NCBI RefSeq assembly: GCF_000143415.4
Contig: NW_003314342.1
Location: forward strand, 29,150 to 47,381
Origin: Selaginella moellendorffii
Taxonomy: Eukaryota; Plantae; Lycopodiophyta
DNA: 18,232 nucleotides
Reading direction: 5' to 3'
Within the stretch, counting starts at the first letter, position 1, and each line of letters starts with the position of its first letter. Under the pieces are notes generated by a model, which was not told the DNA's origin, ran no database searches, and saw only the letters and a list, made by a program, of their open reading frames with translations. The position numbers were made by a program, and so were the translations under genes. Shown here one piece after another: positions 1 through 12,070 of the stretch.

Positions 1-3000
1 GTCTCTATGACAGTCAAAGGATATAAATTTAAAGTTAACTTTGTTGTGTTAAAAATGCCGATTGAAGAATCTTCTTACAAAATCTTGTTAGGCAAACCTT
101 GGCTTAACAAAGTTGTTTCTGCACAGTATTGGATGGAACATGAGATATGTATCCAATCCTGACAAGGACAGACTAAAATATCAACATTGACAAGCAAGAA
201 AATCTCAAGAAGTTTCCGACCAACATAAGTTCAAGAATACAATTGGCAAGAAGGCTTAGACAATCTTAAAGAAGTTAAATTATTTGAAGCATATCCTGAA
301 CTTAAGGCAATCCAAGAAATTGACCTCAACAGGATACTTCCTGTAACCAAGTGTCAAGACTATAAAGATTCAAAAACAACCCAATTTAAAGAAGACACAT
401 ACAACAAAAACCACCATACAAAAAGCAAAATTAACGATACAACCAAAACAACTACAAACTACAGAATATCACCTAGATATACAAGATGAATTAGCTCTCA
501 CCATTGAAAATAAAAAATTCAAACTTCACGTAAATATCAATGAAGATATTGAAGAATTAAATCTAGGGGTTCCCTCAAATCCACAAAACGTCTTAATAGC
601 TACACAACTTAACAAACCTTTTAAACTTGACGATACTGTGCTCCTTACTAAGTATAAAGATGTCTTTGCTTGGTCATATAAAGACCTCAAAGGTATACCA
701 TCTGATTTATGTACATATTGAATCGAATTACTTCCAGGAATTTGACCCATTAAACAAATTACTTACCGGATGAATATAACGTTCGCTAAAAAAGTAAAAG
801 CTGAAATTAACAAACTCCTTGAAGTAGGATTTATATATCCAATACAAAATGGCCAATGAATATCACCTTTAGTCATTGTACCCAAGAAAAATGGAAAATT
901 ACGCATTTGTGTGAACTACAAGTTAAATGATACAACTACGAAAGATGCTTTTCCCATCCCATTTTCAAATGAAATACTTGATGCTATTGCCGGTCATGAG
1001 ATGTACTCATTTCTTGATGGTTTTTCAGACTACAATCAAGTACATATAGCTGTCGAGGATCAATATAAAACAGCTTTCATAAGTCCATGGGGAGCATATG
1101 CATACATGCGAATGCCATTTGGATTAACCCATGCCCCATTTACATTTCAACGGATCATTACCAATACTTTCCAAGATTATCTCACAGATTTCATGCAAGT
1201 CTTTATGGATAACTTTAGTGTCTTTGGACCTAAAGATAAACACCTTGAATACCTCAAGAAATGTTTTATCAAATGCAGACAAAACCAAGTTGCTCTTAAT
1301 CATGAAAAATGTACTTTCTTTGTTAAATCAGGAATACTCACATTGTTTCCACTCATGGCATTCAAATCAATAAAGTTAAAATTGATGTCATTATGAAAAT
1401 GCAACCACCTCATGATCTTAAAAGTTTGCGAAGTTTTCTAGGCAAGATGGGTTACCATAGAAGATTTATCAAAGTCTATTCGAAAGTCACTAAACCCTTA
1501 ATTGATTTACTCAAGAAAGATAAATTTGATCACTAGACTCAAGAATGTCAGCAAGCATTCTTGATACTCAAAGATAAACTTACACAGGCACCAATTCTTG
1601 TCTAACCAATTTAGACTCAGGAATTTCTTGTACAAGTTGATGCCTCTGAATATGCGCTAGGAGTAATTCTTTGCCAAAGAAGAGATGATCATTGTGATCA
1701 CCCTTTATATTATGCAAGTCGACGACTTTCTCCATCTAAAATGAATTATACAACTACAGAAAAAGAAGTTTTAGGTATGATATATGCCTTAACCAAGTTT
1801 CTACACTATTTACTTTCCAACAAAGTAAAAATATTTGTCGATCATCAAACATTGATTCATCTGCTCAATAAACCCATCCTTAGTGGACGAATAGCAAGAT
1901 GGTTTTTGTTATTACAGGAATTTAATTTTGAAATAGTTCACAAACCTGCCAAATACCATGAATAAGTTGATCATCTCAGTAGAATTACAACTGGGCAAAA
2001 TATACGAGACCCCAACAATGACTTACCTGATTCACATCTTTTTAAGATTACCACCCACGATACACTTTAAGAAATCTTTCATTATTTAACTACTACAAAA
2101 GTTCCCATATCATATACCACGCAAGATCAAAGGAAATAATTCATCTTGAGGACACGACGATACTCAGTCGTCAGAGGAAGACTCTATAGAATTTGACATG
2201 ATAATATGTTAAGAAGATGTGTACGTTCACAAGGAGAGATACATGAGTTACTAGAAGAAGCCTATGCCAATTGCTCTAGAGGGCATTTTGCAAAAGAAAT
2301 TACAGCAAGGAAAATATTGCAAACAGGAATATGGTGGCCTACATTATGGAAAGACACTTCATAGTTTTGTCAAACTTGTGATATTTGTCAGCGTACACAA
2401 TTTCCACCCAAGAAACAAACACAAGAACTGAATCCGACTATAGCAATGGAACCTTTCCAAAGATGGGGCCTAGATTTTGTAAGACCTATACAAAAGAGCA
2501 GAAATGGAAATCAATATATTTTGGTGGCAACAGATTATATGACAAAATGGGTAAAAGCCCAACCACTCAAGAAAGCGATAGCAAAGAATATAGCAAAGTT
2601 TCTTTATGAAATGATTATCACAAGATATGGATTACCTCGAGAAATAGTAATGGATAGAGGAACATATTTCCTCGATAAAACAGTCAAGATTTTACTAGAC
2701 GAATTTTTCATCAAACATAAGAAATCTACACCATATTATCCGCAAGGCAACGGCCAAGCCGAATCCACAAACAAAACACTCAAGAATATATTGAAGGAAA
2801 TAGTACAAACCAATCTTAAAGATTGGGATAATAGAGTTTATGATGCTCTTTGGGCTTATAAAATAGCATATAAAGTTTCAACAAATTCAACTCCATTCAA
2901 ATTACCTTATGGACTTAAAACTTTGGCACCATTAGAATATACTATACCATCCTTGAGAATGGCAATTCAGTTGCAAATTAATCAAGAAGAATCAATCAAG

Positions 3001-3419
3001 AAAAGATTGGCTATGCTAGAAAAGTTAGATGAAGAAAGATTATATGCTTTATGGACAATTGAAGCCATACAAACAAGGAGAAAAGCTTATCACGATAGAA
3101 AACAGACTATAAGAAAACTGATAGATGTGAAGTTGGAAATTTTGTTCTATGGTATAGAGGAAATGTCAACAAAATTGGAGGCAAATTGGTACATCAATGG
3201 GAAGGACCATTCAAGATCACAAGTATGCAAACACCTGGCACAACTCACTTAGCGACACTTGATGATGAAGAAATTCAAATAGTCAATCTCAACAAATTGA
3301 GAAAATATCAAGAACCAACTTTAGCATATATGCAAGCCAAGCACACCATGTTGGAATTGACTACCAATAAAACCAATACAACTCACGTTGTCCATAAAAT
3401 AGGTCCACAACAATTATAA
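1..3419 (+). pseudogene. pol: pol polyprotein pseudogene (protease C-terminus, reverse transcriptase, RNase H, integrase)
   Basis: Protease end FVVLK...YKILLGKPWL (~40-105). RT: DVFAWSYKDLKGIP, KDAFPIPF...FLDGFSDYNQ, MPFGL, and VFMDN (catalytic DD mutated to DN). RNase H: DASEYALGVIL...YYASR...NYTTTEKE...FVDHQ...RIARW. INT zinc finger: GHF...WWPTL...CQTCDIC (~2280-2390). INT core: PFQRWGLDF...DRG...YYPQGNGQAE (2446+). GPF module: HQWEGPFKI...VNLNKLRKY (3186-3419). Confidence 0.95.
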
Positions 3420-3503
3420 ACAACTCTACTCAAGCAAAGACTTAGTGAAAATGCAAGAACACCATATGAATGAAACAATAAAACTAAGTTAGCCCTAACC
3501 CTA

Positions 3504-5689
3504 ATGGCGAGGAAGCATGTGCTGGAACATCACAAGGGTAAGCTTGAGTGGCAAGTAAATCTTGAGATCACAAGTGCACTAGAGAGTGATCGTCAGCTAG
3601 GCACTCTCACCCATCTCAAACGAGTGCATCAAATTCTAAGAAACACACCAATTGAGAGAAATAAGAAGAAAGCAAGTAGAAAAGAGAGTGCCCACAAAAG
3701 AAGCAAGAAGAGTGTGTTCACGAGTATAGAAAGAGCACTCATATCTTTTCCTCTATTTGCATCACAGGTAAAAGTGCATTCTCAACAGTGCCGAAGAGTT
3801 GACACAATGCGAACCAAGAAAACACCCAAGACAAATACTGTCATCCTTTCTCAAAATCTCGAGTGGCAATTCAATGCCAATGTCAAGCATTGGACTCGCA
3901 CTCACGGCCTCTTCAACTTTGCAGAACGAATGGTGGGATATCTCATGAATCAAGTGAACAACAAGAAGGCTCACTTGATGGATCTTGCCACCAGCCAGGT
4001 TGAACTTGAAGATTCGGAGTTGGCAGCAACTCTATGTCTCCCAGCCGAAGGCGAGTTAGTCTCTACTCCACACACACGGGCTTTAAGTCATGACATCATG
4101 AAAGATCCCGAGAGCTACATCTTGGTGCTTAGTTTGCAATTCTCCAACATCAAGGACGAGCTTTACAAAATCTTCAAGTTCCTTGTTCTCAACCTAGAGT
4201 TTCGGAAGACTGCCACGACAGTGAGCAGATCCATGGCCTTCATCTACGAGGATCTTCAAGCTGGGAACAAAGTGGATTTAGCAGGATATGTGATCCCAAA
4301 GTTTTGCAGGGAACTTAAGAAGGTCATAGCAGATCTCAACACGAAGAGATGTGTGAAGACACTGATACTACCATATGTCTGAGCCATCATCATGCATAGA
4401 AGTCAAGCCATGGTGATCTACAGTCTACCACCTTCGCAGCACGCAGCCACAAAAAGTTCAAAGCGCCAAGCTGAAGACCACTTGATGAACATTGAGAAGA
4501 AAAAGGTCCAGAAAAAGACAGCAGCAACTCCACGAAGAAAGACATGGGGACAAGGCCGAAGAAACGTTGTGCCTCCACAGATTGACAATGATGACAGTGA
4601 TGTGCAAACAATCCAGCATAAGGTGCCGAAACGGCAACTACCAACAAGAACCTCTAGCTCCAAAACAAAACGGCAGCAGAGTTTGGCACTACTCAGCCAT
4701 CAACGAAGAGCTTGCAGCCTCCGAGCTCACCGCAGCCAGATTTGCCACCATCACCACTGCATGAACCAGCACGATCTCCGTCTCCAATGACAACAATTCC
4801 AGTGGACGATCACGTTTCGCTGACGCAGGATATTCTTGAAAATCTTGAGACAGTTACAATTCCACCATCCGTTGTGCAAAGGCACAACACTCTTCACGAA
4901 CTACCCATGCAGTAGGAGCAGTCCGTTGAGCAACACCAGCCTCAGCAACAGCAGCCTCCACCGCAGCATCCTGTCGAGCAGCACCAACCTTCACTGCCAC
5001 AGCCTGCTGAGCAAGCCGTCTCCACCACACCAGTGTGCTGAAGAGCAGCCATCTTTGCTGTAGCAACCAACCGAGCTATAGCAGCCTACTGAGCCACACC
5101 AGACATTTGCTCCAAACACCACTGCCAACGACATGCAGCCGCCTTGTTCAGCAATGCAACACTAGTTTCATCACGAGCACATGAGCAACAAGCACCATCA
5201 TTATGATAAATATGCCACCAACAACATTCCAATCGAGATAGAGGAGCAGCAGCAACCAAAAGTGATCTGTCCTATGCCTACAAACTTCTTGGAGCAATAC
5301 CATAACTCCAACATGGCAGTGTACACGCGGGATGCATGGAGAGCTTCTTTCGCAACATTTTTGTATGACCACATGAGGAGAAAATGGCAAGCATGGCTCA
5401 AGAACTTGATCAAGTAAAGGGAATCCTTCACACTATACAAGCTCATGGACTCCCAACACCATACACCTACCGAGAATCTTTTGAGTTAGCGCAGTAGTAC
5501 CAACTCGAGAATGCCCACATCACCAAAGAAAAGATGGAGCTCAAGGCCAAACGTCAAGTGCTCGAGACTGCCATTAAGAACTACACTTGCGATGAGCTCG
5601 AGGACTATGAGGAAGAACCAGAGGCTAACACCACAACTGCTACTACCACCACAATAGAAGCTTGAGCTGTAGGAGCTGCTCAACTCTAG
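3504..5689 (+). pseudogene. Extra ORF 3' of pol, disrupted: globular N-terminal domain, basic stretch, Pro/Gln-rich linker, coiled-coil-like C-terminus
   Basis: ORF 3504-4382 continues in frame through one TGA into 4392-4790. It then runs via frameshifts and TAG stops (likely from CAG) through 4712-4915, 5181-5417 and ~5480-5689 (LENAHITKEKMELKAKRQVLETAIKN...). ELAATLCLPAEG and FIYEDLQAGNKVDLAGYV...LILPYV resemble plant retrotransposon accessory/env-like proteins by eye. True start may be ATG 3807. Confidence 0.7.
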
Positions 5690-5884
5690 TCGTCAAAGAG
5701 TAGAGGTACATGCATTTTGCATCGTGATTTAGGCACAAAGACATTTCTTGAGTTAGGAATTGAGATTAGGATTTCTTCCGGTCTAAATTCCTGACTTGGA
5801 TGACTGGGCATGTAGTGGTTATATAGGCTGGTGATAGCATGCTAGACCTATCCCCTTTCTATCTTTTATATCCTTGGCCATAAT

Positions 5885-5889
5885 AACAT
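5885..5889. repeat. Target site duplication AACAT (left copy; right copy 13191-13195)
   Basis: aacat|tgtagcgcac ... ttcgcgaca|aacat. Confidence 0.95.
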
Positions 5890-7025
5890 TGTAGCGCACG
5901 TGGTTTTGACCCTTTATCCTATGGTGATTTACCATAGGATAACACCACGAAGCAGAACCTAAACCCTCTTTGTGCCACGTGACAGATGCCACGTGTCCAT
6001 AAGAACCCGAGGTTCAGGGCCTTGGGCCACTGAACAAAGGAACGGTGCCAAACTCCCAAGCATGGAGCCAAGGAGTGACGGAACCGAACCACGGAGCAAC
6101 TCCCGAGCATAAAGCCCAAGGAGCAAAGGGACAGGAGCCCGGAGCGACTTGGAACAGTCCTGGAGCAACCAGCATCCCCATGCCAGGACCAGCACGCAAA
6201 ACGGAGCCAAACGGAGTCTGAGCCAAACGGAGTCTGGCGCTATTTCGGCATACCGGTGGCCTAACGTGAGGATATGGGTACTCCACCAACTAACATGGAA
6301 TGGAACTTGGGCTTACACCCAAGCCGGACGCAGAACAAGGACAGGCACGCAAGCGAGAGCTAGACTATGCCTCAGGTTGGTCGGCCATGCCCGACCTACC
6401 CACTATCCCTACTATACATTTGGAACCCCCCACAGCCCCCCCCCCCCTTGAGGAACACACGCTTTGGGCTTTCACCCCAAGCCTCCCTTAGTATCAGGAG
6501 TTAGTCTCTGGGACAAGCTCGAAACTTACTAAATATGGAATGTCCTTAGATTGCGAATTTGGGCACGGGACGAACACCATTGTGTTCAGGACAATCTCTA
6601 CATTCCACAGATATGCCAAATGAGCAAATCTGGACACTTTCCATAAATAGCATTTGGGACCAAAATGAGACTAACACAAAGGGCATGATAGCGAGGGTGT
6701 TTGGCAGACACGGTAAGCTATCATCTAGCGATATTGAGGGACCAATCTCAATATCGTGGGGGTTCTTGATACTAGCAAGTGCAAGCCAATGACTCAAGTT
6801 TCTCAAACCAGGCCGAGTATGCTCAGCAAGAAACACATAGGGTTCCTACCTTATGTTTATCCAATCTAAGTTCATGGTCATTGACCAGTTTCTCAACTAG
6901 CTCAAGTGGGAAACTGATAACGGGTCCAGCAATACCGACCTCCTGCCATCGTGGCAGTAAGGTAAGAGTGTCCGTAAGGACTAGCCGACAGGTAACTTTC
7001 GATACCTGAAGTCACATTCGCGACA
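5890..7025 (-). repeat. 3' LTR of the nested element (1136 bp)
   Basis: Near-identical direct repeat of 12071-13190. Termini tgtagcg...cgcgaca form an imperfect inverted repeat. Carries a 16-bp tandem duplication at 6204-6235. Confidence 0.97.
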
Positions 7026-7038
7026 CTCTCCCCCCCTT
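7026..7038 (-). promoter_or_regulatory. Polypurine tract (aagggggggagag on - strand)
   Basis: ctctccccccctt directly abuts the LTR end at 7025. Confidence 0.92.
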
Positions 7039-7984
7039 GGGAAGATCGACGTCCTCGTCGATGCATACTCGAGTCTAGAATACTGCCAAGGAAACAACTC
7101 CAGAAAAAGTTCACGGTACTCACACTATGTGAGAAATGCACCAACTTAAATGAGTTAGGAGGCAACCTCTTTGTCTAACGCGGATGCGCTACCAGCTCAG
7201 ACACCTTCCGGCCGTTGCCGACAAGGAAATGACCAACGGAGTTAGCCACCCTTGCTGCTCTGGGAGTCACCCAGCTTACAAAAGTGTGATATGCCCTGCC
7301 CGTAGGAACATAGAGAGAGAAGCCAGAGGCCCCAACCCTCCTAAGCAAAGAAACCAAACCCGTCGGTAAAGTTTAGATAGACTACTGTAAACAGGCAGTT
7401 AGAGTTGTTTACACGGTCACGCCCTTTTAACTGAATAAGGAACATCGACAGAGAGGCGGGTTATGTGACCAGTTGACAGTAGCTATCCCATGACTAGAGA
7501 TTTCAACATGCACACGAAGTGCCGAAGCCAGTCTGCCTATACTGGCCCAAACTCAAAGATCAATAGATGGACAATATCAAAGTCATAAACAATGATATCT
7601 TAGAGACTTAATTATCAGTGAATAAAGCTTAGATTAGAACACAAAAGTATTCCAAGTAAGTTATCATCCGATAAACTAGTATTATAGTATAAGAACCACC
7701 AAGATCACTATCATTGGAAAACATAGGAATGACCATCCAACAAAATTCAATAGCAAGTGTATCATCAAGAAAACTTAATGACCAAACTTAACTATCAAAG
7801 ATTGCAGATAGAATGCCAAACAATTTACCAAAGAAAACTCAAAGAACACAAAGTATCATCAACTGGCAAGCAAAATGCTCGCGAATGTATCACCCGGAGG
7901 AAATAACATTCCAATCTATCATAACAAACTTGAGCAACAATCAACAAAAGAGAATGAATGTGGTAAGACCAACAAACATTCATT

Positions 7985-8084
7985 NNNNNNNNNNNNNNNN
8001 NNNNNNNNNNNNNNNNNNNNNNNNNNNNNNNNNNNNNNNNNNNNNNNNNNNNNNNNNNNNNNNNNNNNNNNNNNNNNNNNNNNN
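7985..8084. other. Assembly gap (100 N, probably unknown size)
   Basis: Run of N. Confidence 1.
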
Positions 8085-10070
8085 GCCAACAATACCAAGG
8101 AACTCAAGTTGCCTAAGCAAGTGTCAGCAACATCCTACTGATGTCTCAAACCCAAGAGACCAATCCAAAGCAAATCACAAAGAACATGTGATATTGCGAA
8201 AAGCCACAAGCCATCAAAGAGAACAAATAACCACCATGAAAGATCATCAATCATCCTAACAATAGAGAAATGCTTAATCATCATTGAAGAAAGAATTTAC
8301 TATCCCGAAGAACAGCAAATCATTCTATACCAACAATAATCAAGCAAAATCCTTGACAAGGATAATCAACTATCTTAGATGATAATTAATCATCACCAAT
8401 GATTGCCAAATGCAAATACTAACTTCAACATCAAAGCTAAAGAGCCAAAAATGCCTTCCCTAACAACTTCAAACAAATGGACCACAAGCATGATAATGCA
8501 AGGAACCAAAAGCTCGAAGAAGTCTATAGCTAAGTCTTGCCTAATAATGATCATGAGTTTTGCATAGACTAACGTCAATGCTAAAGAAGAAATTATGGTA
8601 CAACCCACAATATCCTCCTTAACACATCTATAAGCTAAACTTCATAATGCAAAGCTAATGAAAAGCATATCTGCATCAATCCAAAAGCTAAGCACAATGA
8701 AGCTATGCTCAATAAGTGATCACCAAACGATCCTCCATGAATCCATCTATAGCAAGACGTAACTCACTTCATAACAAGCACAAGAAGAATCATCAATGAT
8801 CAATATATTTCAACTAAAATCCCATAAGGATTCAAATATTCCAATATCAATCACTAACTCTCCCACTTGTAGAGTTAGTATAGTCCATGATTAAATCACT
8901 TTTCAAGGAAAAGCTCAAAGCTCAACCCCTACTAATCTCGTCTAGAACATAACTAACTCAACTTGCCACTCAGTTCATTTGAACGTTAATATAATTGCTA
9001 ACTAGCAAATGCACGAATGCTAATAACATAAAGTTATAGCCAAATCATCAACACTATCTTCATCAAAACTAATGAAACTCGATATCAATCTTGTAGAGAG
9101 ACATCTCATTTCACTAAAATTTCAACATCAACAATGTCAACGACAAGGCATCACTTCAATGCCATCAACACTAGAACAAAGCTAGAAGAAAGCACGAGTG
9201 TATCACCACTCAAAGCTCTCTAGCAACCAAGCTAACCAAGATCGAAGATACTTTACTCAGTATCTGAGACCAATCTCTCAACAATACTCAGTCACAGATA
9301 ACACTTCATCAAGGAGTGAATCACCACATCCAAGACTCAATGAAATCCAACACCACGAACTAAACGCAACCAAATGATATCGACAGAGATAGAGTTGACA
9401 TGTCAACATAGAAAACCCATGTAAGTCTAACGACACGATCCTCCGCAACACCATCTGGTAAAGCAAACCTATCATTGCTAAATCATCATCAAGTGAAGCA
9501 AGTGTCAACAGTCTTTTGACAAAGTCTACAGGCAATCATTAGTTGCAAAGCAACTAACAATCACTCTTTCAACTTGTCTTCACAAGACCCAAACACTAAA
9601 CTCACGTCATCGAGTCATACACTTGTCCAACATGAACGTGATACCTTCGGTATGAGATAAAAGTTCATTGACAAGCACAAACTAAATGACCACTCGAATC
9701 CAACTCAACTGCAATAAGCTCACTAATGCATTTAGCCAATAGCTCTGAGCATGTCTTGAAGAGGCTAGCTATGCATGATCAACACTCAACTAAAACTAAA
9801 GTGAAGACCATGAGATGGATCCATATCGGTACACAACCTCCTCATAAACAAAGCTACAGTACGGGTACCAACATCTCAAACTCAAACAACTAAGTTGAAC
9901 ATCACCATCCTTAGCCAAGGCACAGGGACACCAAGACCAAGTCAAGATCAGTGAGAGCTCACTACTCTCATAGAGTCTAACGAAATGTAAAGTGCAACCT
10001 GCCACCAAGCATAATGCTACAAAAGAAAGGCACAAGGGTCACCTTTCTAGAAAAGTGCAACGGCCACTTT

Positions 10071-10609
10071 NNNNNNNNNNNNNNNNNNNNNNNNNNNNNN
10101 NNNNNNNNNNNNNNNNNNNNNNNNNNNNNNNNNNNNNNNNNNNNNNNNNNNNNNNNNNNNNNNNNNNNNNNNNNNNNNNNNNNNNNNNNNNNNNNNNNNN
10201 NNNNNNNNNNNNNNNNNNNNNNNNNNNNNNNNNNNNNNNNNNNNNNNNNNNNNNNNNNNNNNNNNNNNNNNNNNNNNNNNNNNNNNNNNNNNNNNNNNNN
10301 NNNNNNNNNNNNNNNNNNNNNNNNNNNNNNNNNNNNNNNNNNNNNNNNNNNNNNNNNNNNNNNNNNNNNNNNNNNNNNNNNNNNNNNNNNNNNNNNNNNN
10401 NNNNNNNNNNNNNNNNNNNNNNNNNNNNNNNNNNNNNNNNNNNNNNNNNNNNNNNNNNNNNNNNNNNNNNNNNNNNNNNNNNNNNNNNNNNNNNNNNNNN
10501 NNNNNNNNNNNNNNNNNNNNNNNNNNNNNNNNNNNNNNNNNNNNNNNNNNNNNNNNNNNNNNNNNNNNNNNNNNNNNNNNNNNNNNNNNNNNNNNNNNNN
10601 NNNNNNNNN
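10071..10609. other. Assembly gap (539 N)
   Basis: Run of N. Confidence 1.
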
Positions 10610-12056
10610 ATCAAGCTCTAAGGAAACTTCCTCACCACTTAAAATAACAATGCCACTTCCACTAACACAAGTGCTAGTAATGTCAATGCCTCAATCTCAC
10701 ACTTTCTCTATCCAACAATCTACTCCAAGTGCTAACGGAATAACCGACAAGGCATAGCAAGTGAATGCTATAACCCTTTCCAACACCTTATGGGCCAACT
10801 CTAGGAAACAAGGAACCAACTTAAGCTTAGCATAATGGACCACCATTAAGAATCTAGTCAAAGCTACTACAATGCTACTTCGTGCAAGTAGACTTAGCTT
10901 CACCATCAACCACTTTGGGGTTGATCATCGTTTAACCAAGCAACTTTGTAAACACATTGCTCATTATCACATGGATATGATATAAGTATCACAATGACTT
11001 GATCATCAATTGAGCAACACCACGAACAATGCCAATGTCATTACTTCAAAGGTTCACATGAATATCAAGTGCCAACTCAACTTGACAAAATGCAACATAA
11101 ATGCCACACTCTACCGATAGAGATTTACAACACCCAACACCACTAACTTTTGTTCACAACACAGACAAGTTCATGCCACTCACTATCCGATCAAACTCAA
11201 AACTTAACCCAATACCAAGCTACTCAAGGAGCAATAGCTAGGTTCCCCGGAAAAGAATTGAGCATTGTAACCCAAGTCTTCCAATAGTGAGCTTAGACAA
11301 AATGGTATAGCGCTTCACTGCTATCCATCCCATAACTCACCATTTGTAAGACCATCATCTCCAACATGCATCAAGATAGGGACTCTTGATTGCATGATGT
11401 GAATACGAGCAATGAGTCACCCCTCGTTGCAAATCATCCCTCCAAGAAGAGAAGATGATTTACGTGTTTGATCCTTCATCCCCGACGACTCTCTTTTCGG
11501 TCTTATCTTTTGACTACACCTCAAGCTTGCTTTCGCACTGCCTTCAGTCCAATCCAAAAAAAAAAAGTTTATGAGAAAGCACGGCAATGATTACTTGAAC
11601 CAATAGACTAATCCCTACAGTCTTAGTTGATCCACTTGTAACCATGCCTAGGAAGGATCTACTAGTGCCGTGCTAAACAACTACGGACCAGCCTATTTGC
11701 CACTCATAGCAAACTCAGGGAAAGTTTACTTTCACCTACGGTACATGGAACAACTCATGGAACCACCGATAGGCTAACATTAATCCTGCCAACTTAAAGT
11801 GTAACCTCGAGTTGCTAATGTGCCTCACACACGAGCCCAAGCATAAACTTGTGCTAACAAAGCATCTCAAATCCATCCTATGAGCCCAAGAGCAAGCTCA
11901 CATTATTAGGTACAAAAGGTAACCAAAACCATACCCAAGGAACGAATGTGAACCCCTTGCACCAAACGTGTACCCACTCGGATCATCGTTTTCATCTCTG
12001 CGTATGCAACAAGACTAGTTGCCCAATCTCGTTGAATAGTACTCGCTGAGACTCAT

Positions 12057-12068
12057 GCTCTGATACCA
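12057..12068 (-). promoter_or_regulatory. Primer binding site for tRNA-iMet (TGGTATCAGAGC)
   Basis: gctctgatacca lies 2 nt from the LTR boundary at 12071 and is the canonical plant iMet PBS. Confidence 0.97.
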
Positions 12069-12070
12069 AA

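Larger units (their letters stand above)
1..5889 (+). mobile_element. Decayed Ty3/gypsy non-chromovirus LTR retrotransposon (Athila/Phygy/Selgy-like, no aRH). Truncated by the window start, interrupted at 5890 by a nested element, and continuing after 13195. LTRs not resolved.
   Basis: Domain order PR-RT-RH-INT is the gypsy order. No chromodomain after INT. An extra ORF lies downstream of pol. Many stops and frameshifts. Confidence 0.9.
7026..9540 (-). pseudogene. Highly eroded chromovirus pol relic (RT, RNase H, integrase GPY/F module, chromodomain-like end)
   Basis: Collinear faint motifs on the - strand. RT start: VDF...LLYQMV...SLDLHGF (~9535-9400). SVDGIEVMP ~ SxDGIEVDP (~9175-9150). 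RNase H: DLAIDFFELL...FEVVRE (~8535-8455). GPY/F module: SKLYRR + LLRRVGASGFSLYVPTGRAYHTFVSWVTP ~ ILxRVGxVAYRLxLP...HxxFHVSxLKP (7380-7260). End: T*CEYRELFLELFP and RGRRSSQGGESV, running into the PPT. Confidence 0.6.

Noticed and set aside
4390-5683. Antisense ORFs over the accessory ORF
   Set aside because: Short shadows of the low-complexity + strand coding region.
5919-7009. Many short ORFs on both strands, repeated at 12100-13215
   Set aside because: They lie within the GC-richer LTRs and recur only because the LTR is duplicated. No recognisable domains.
9992-10757. Long ORFs of 191-247 aa (also 7813-8259)
   Set aside because: Artefacts of translating through N-gaps.
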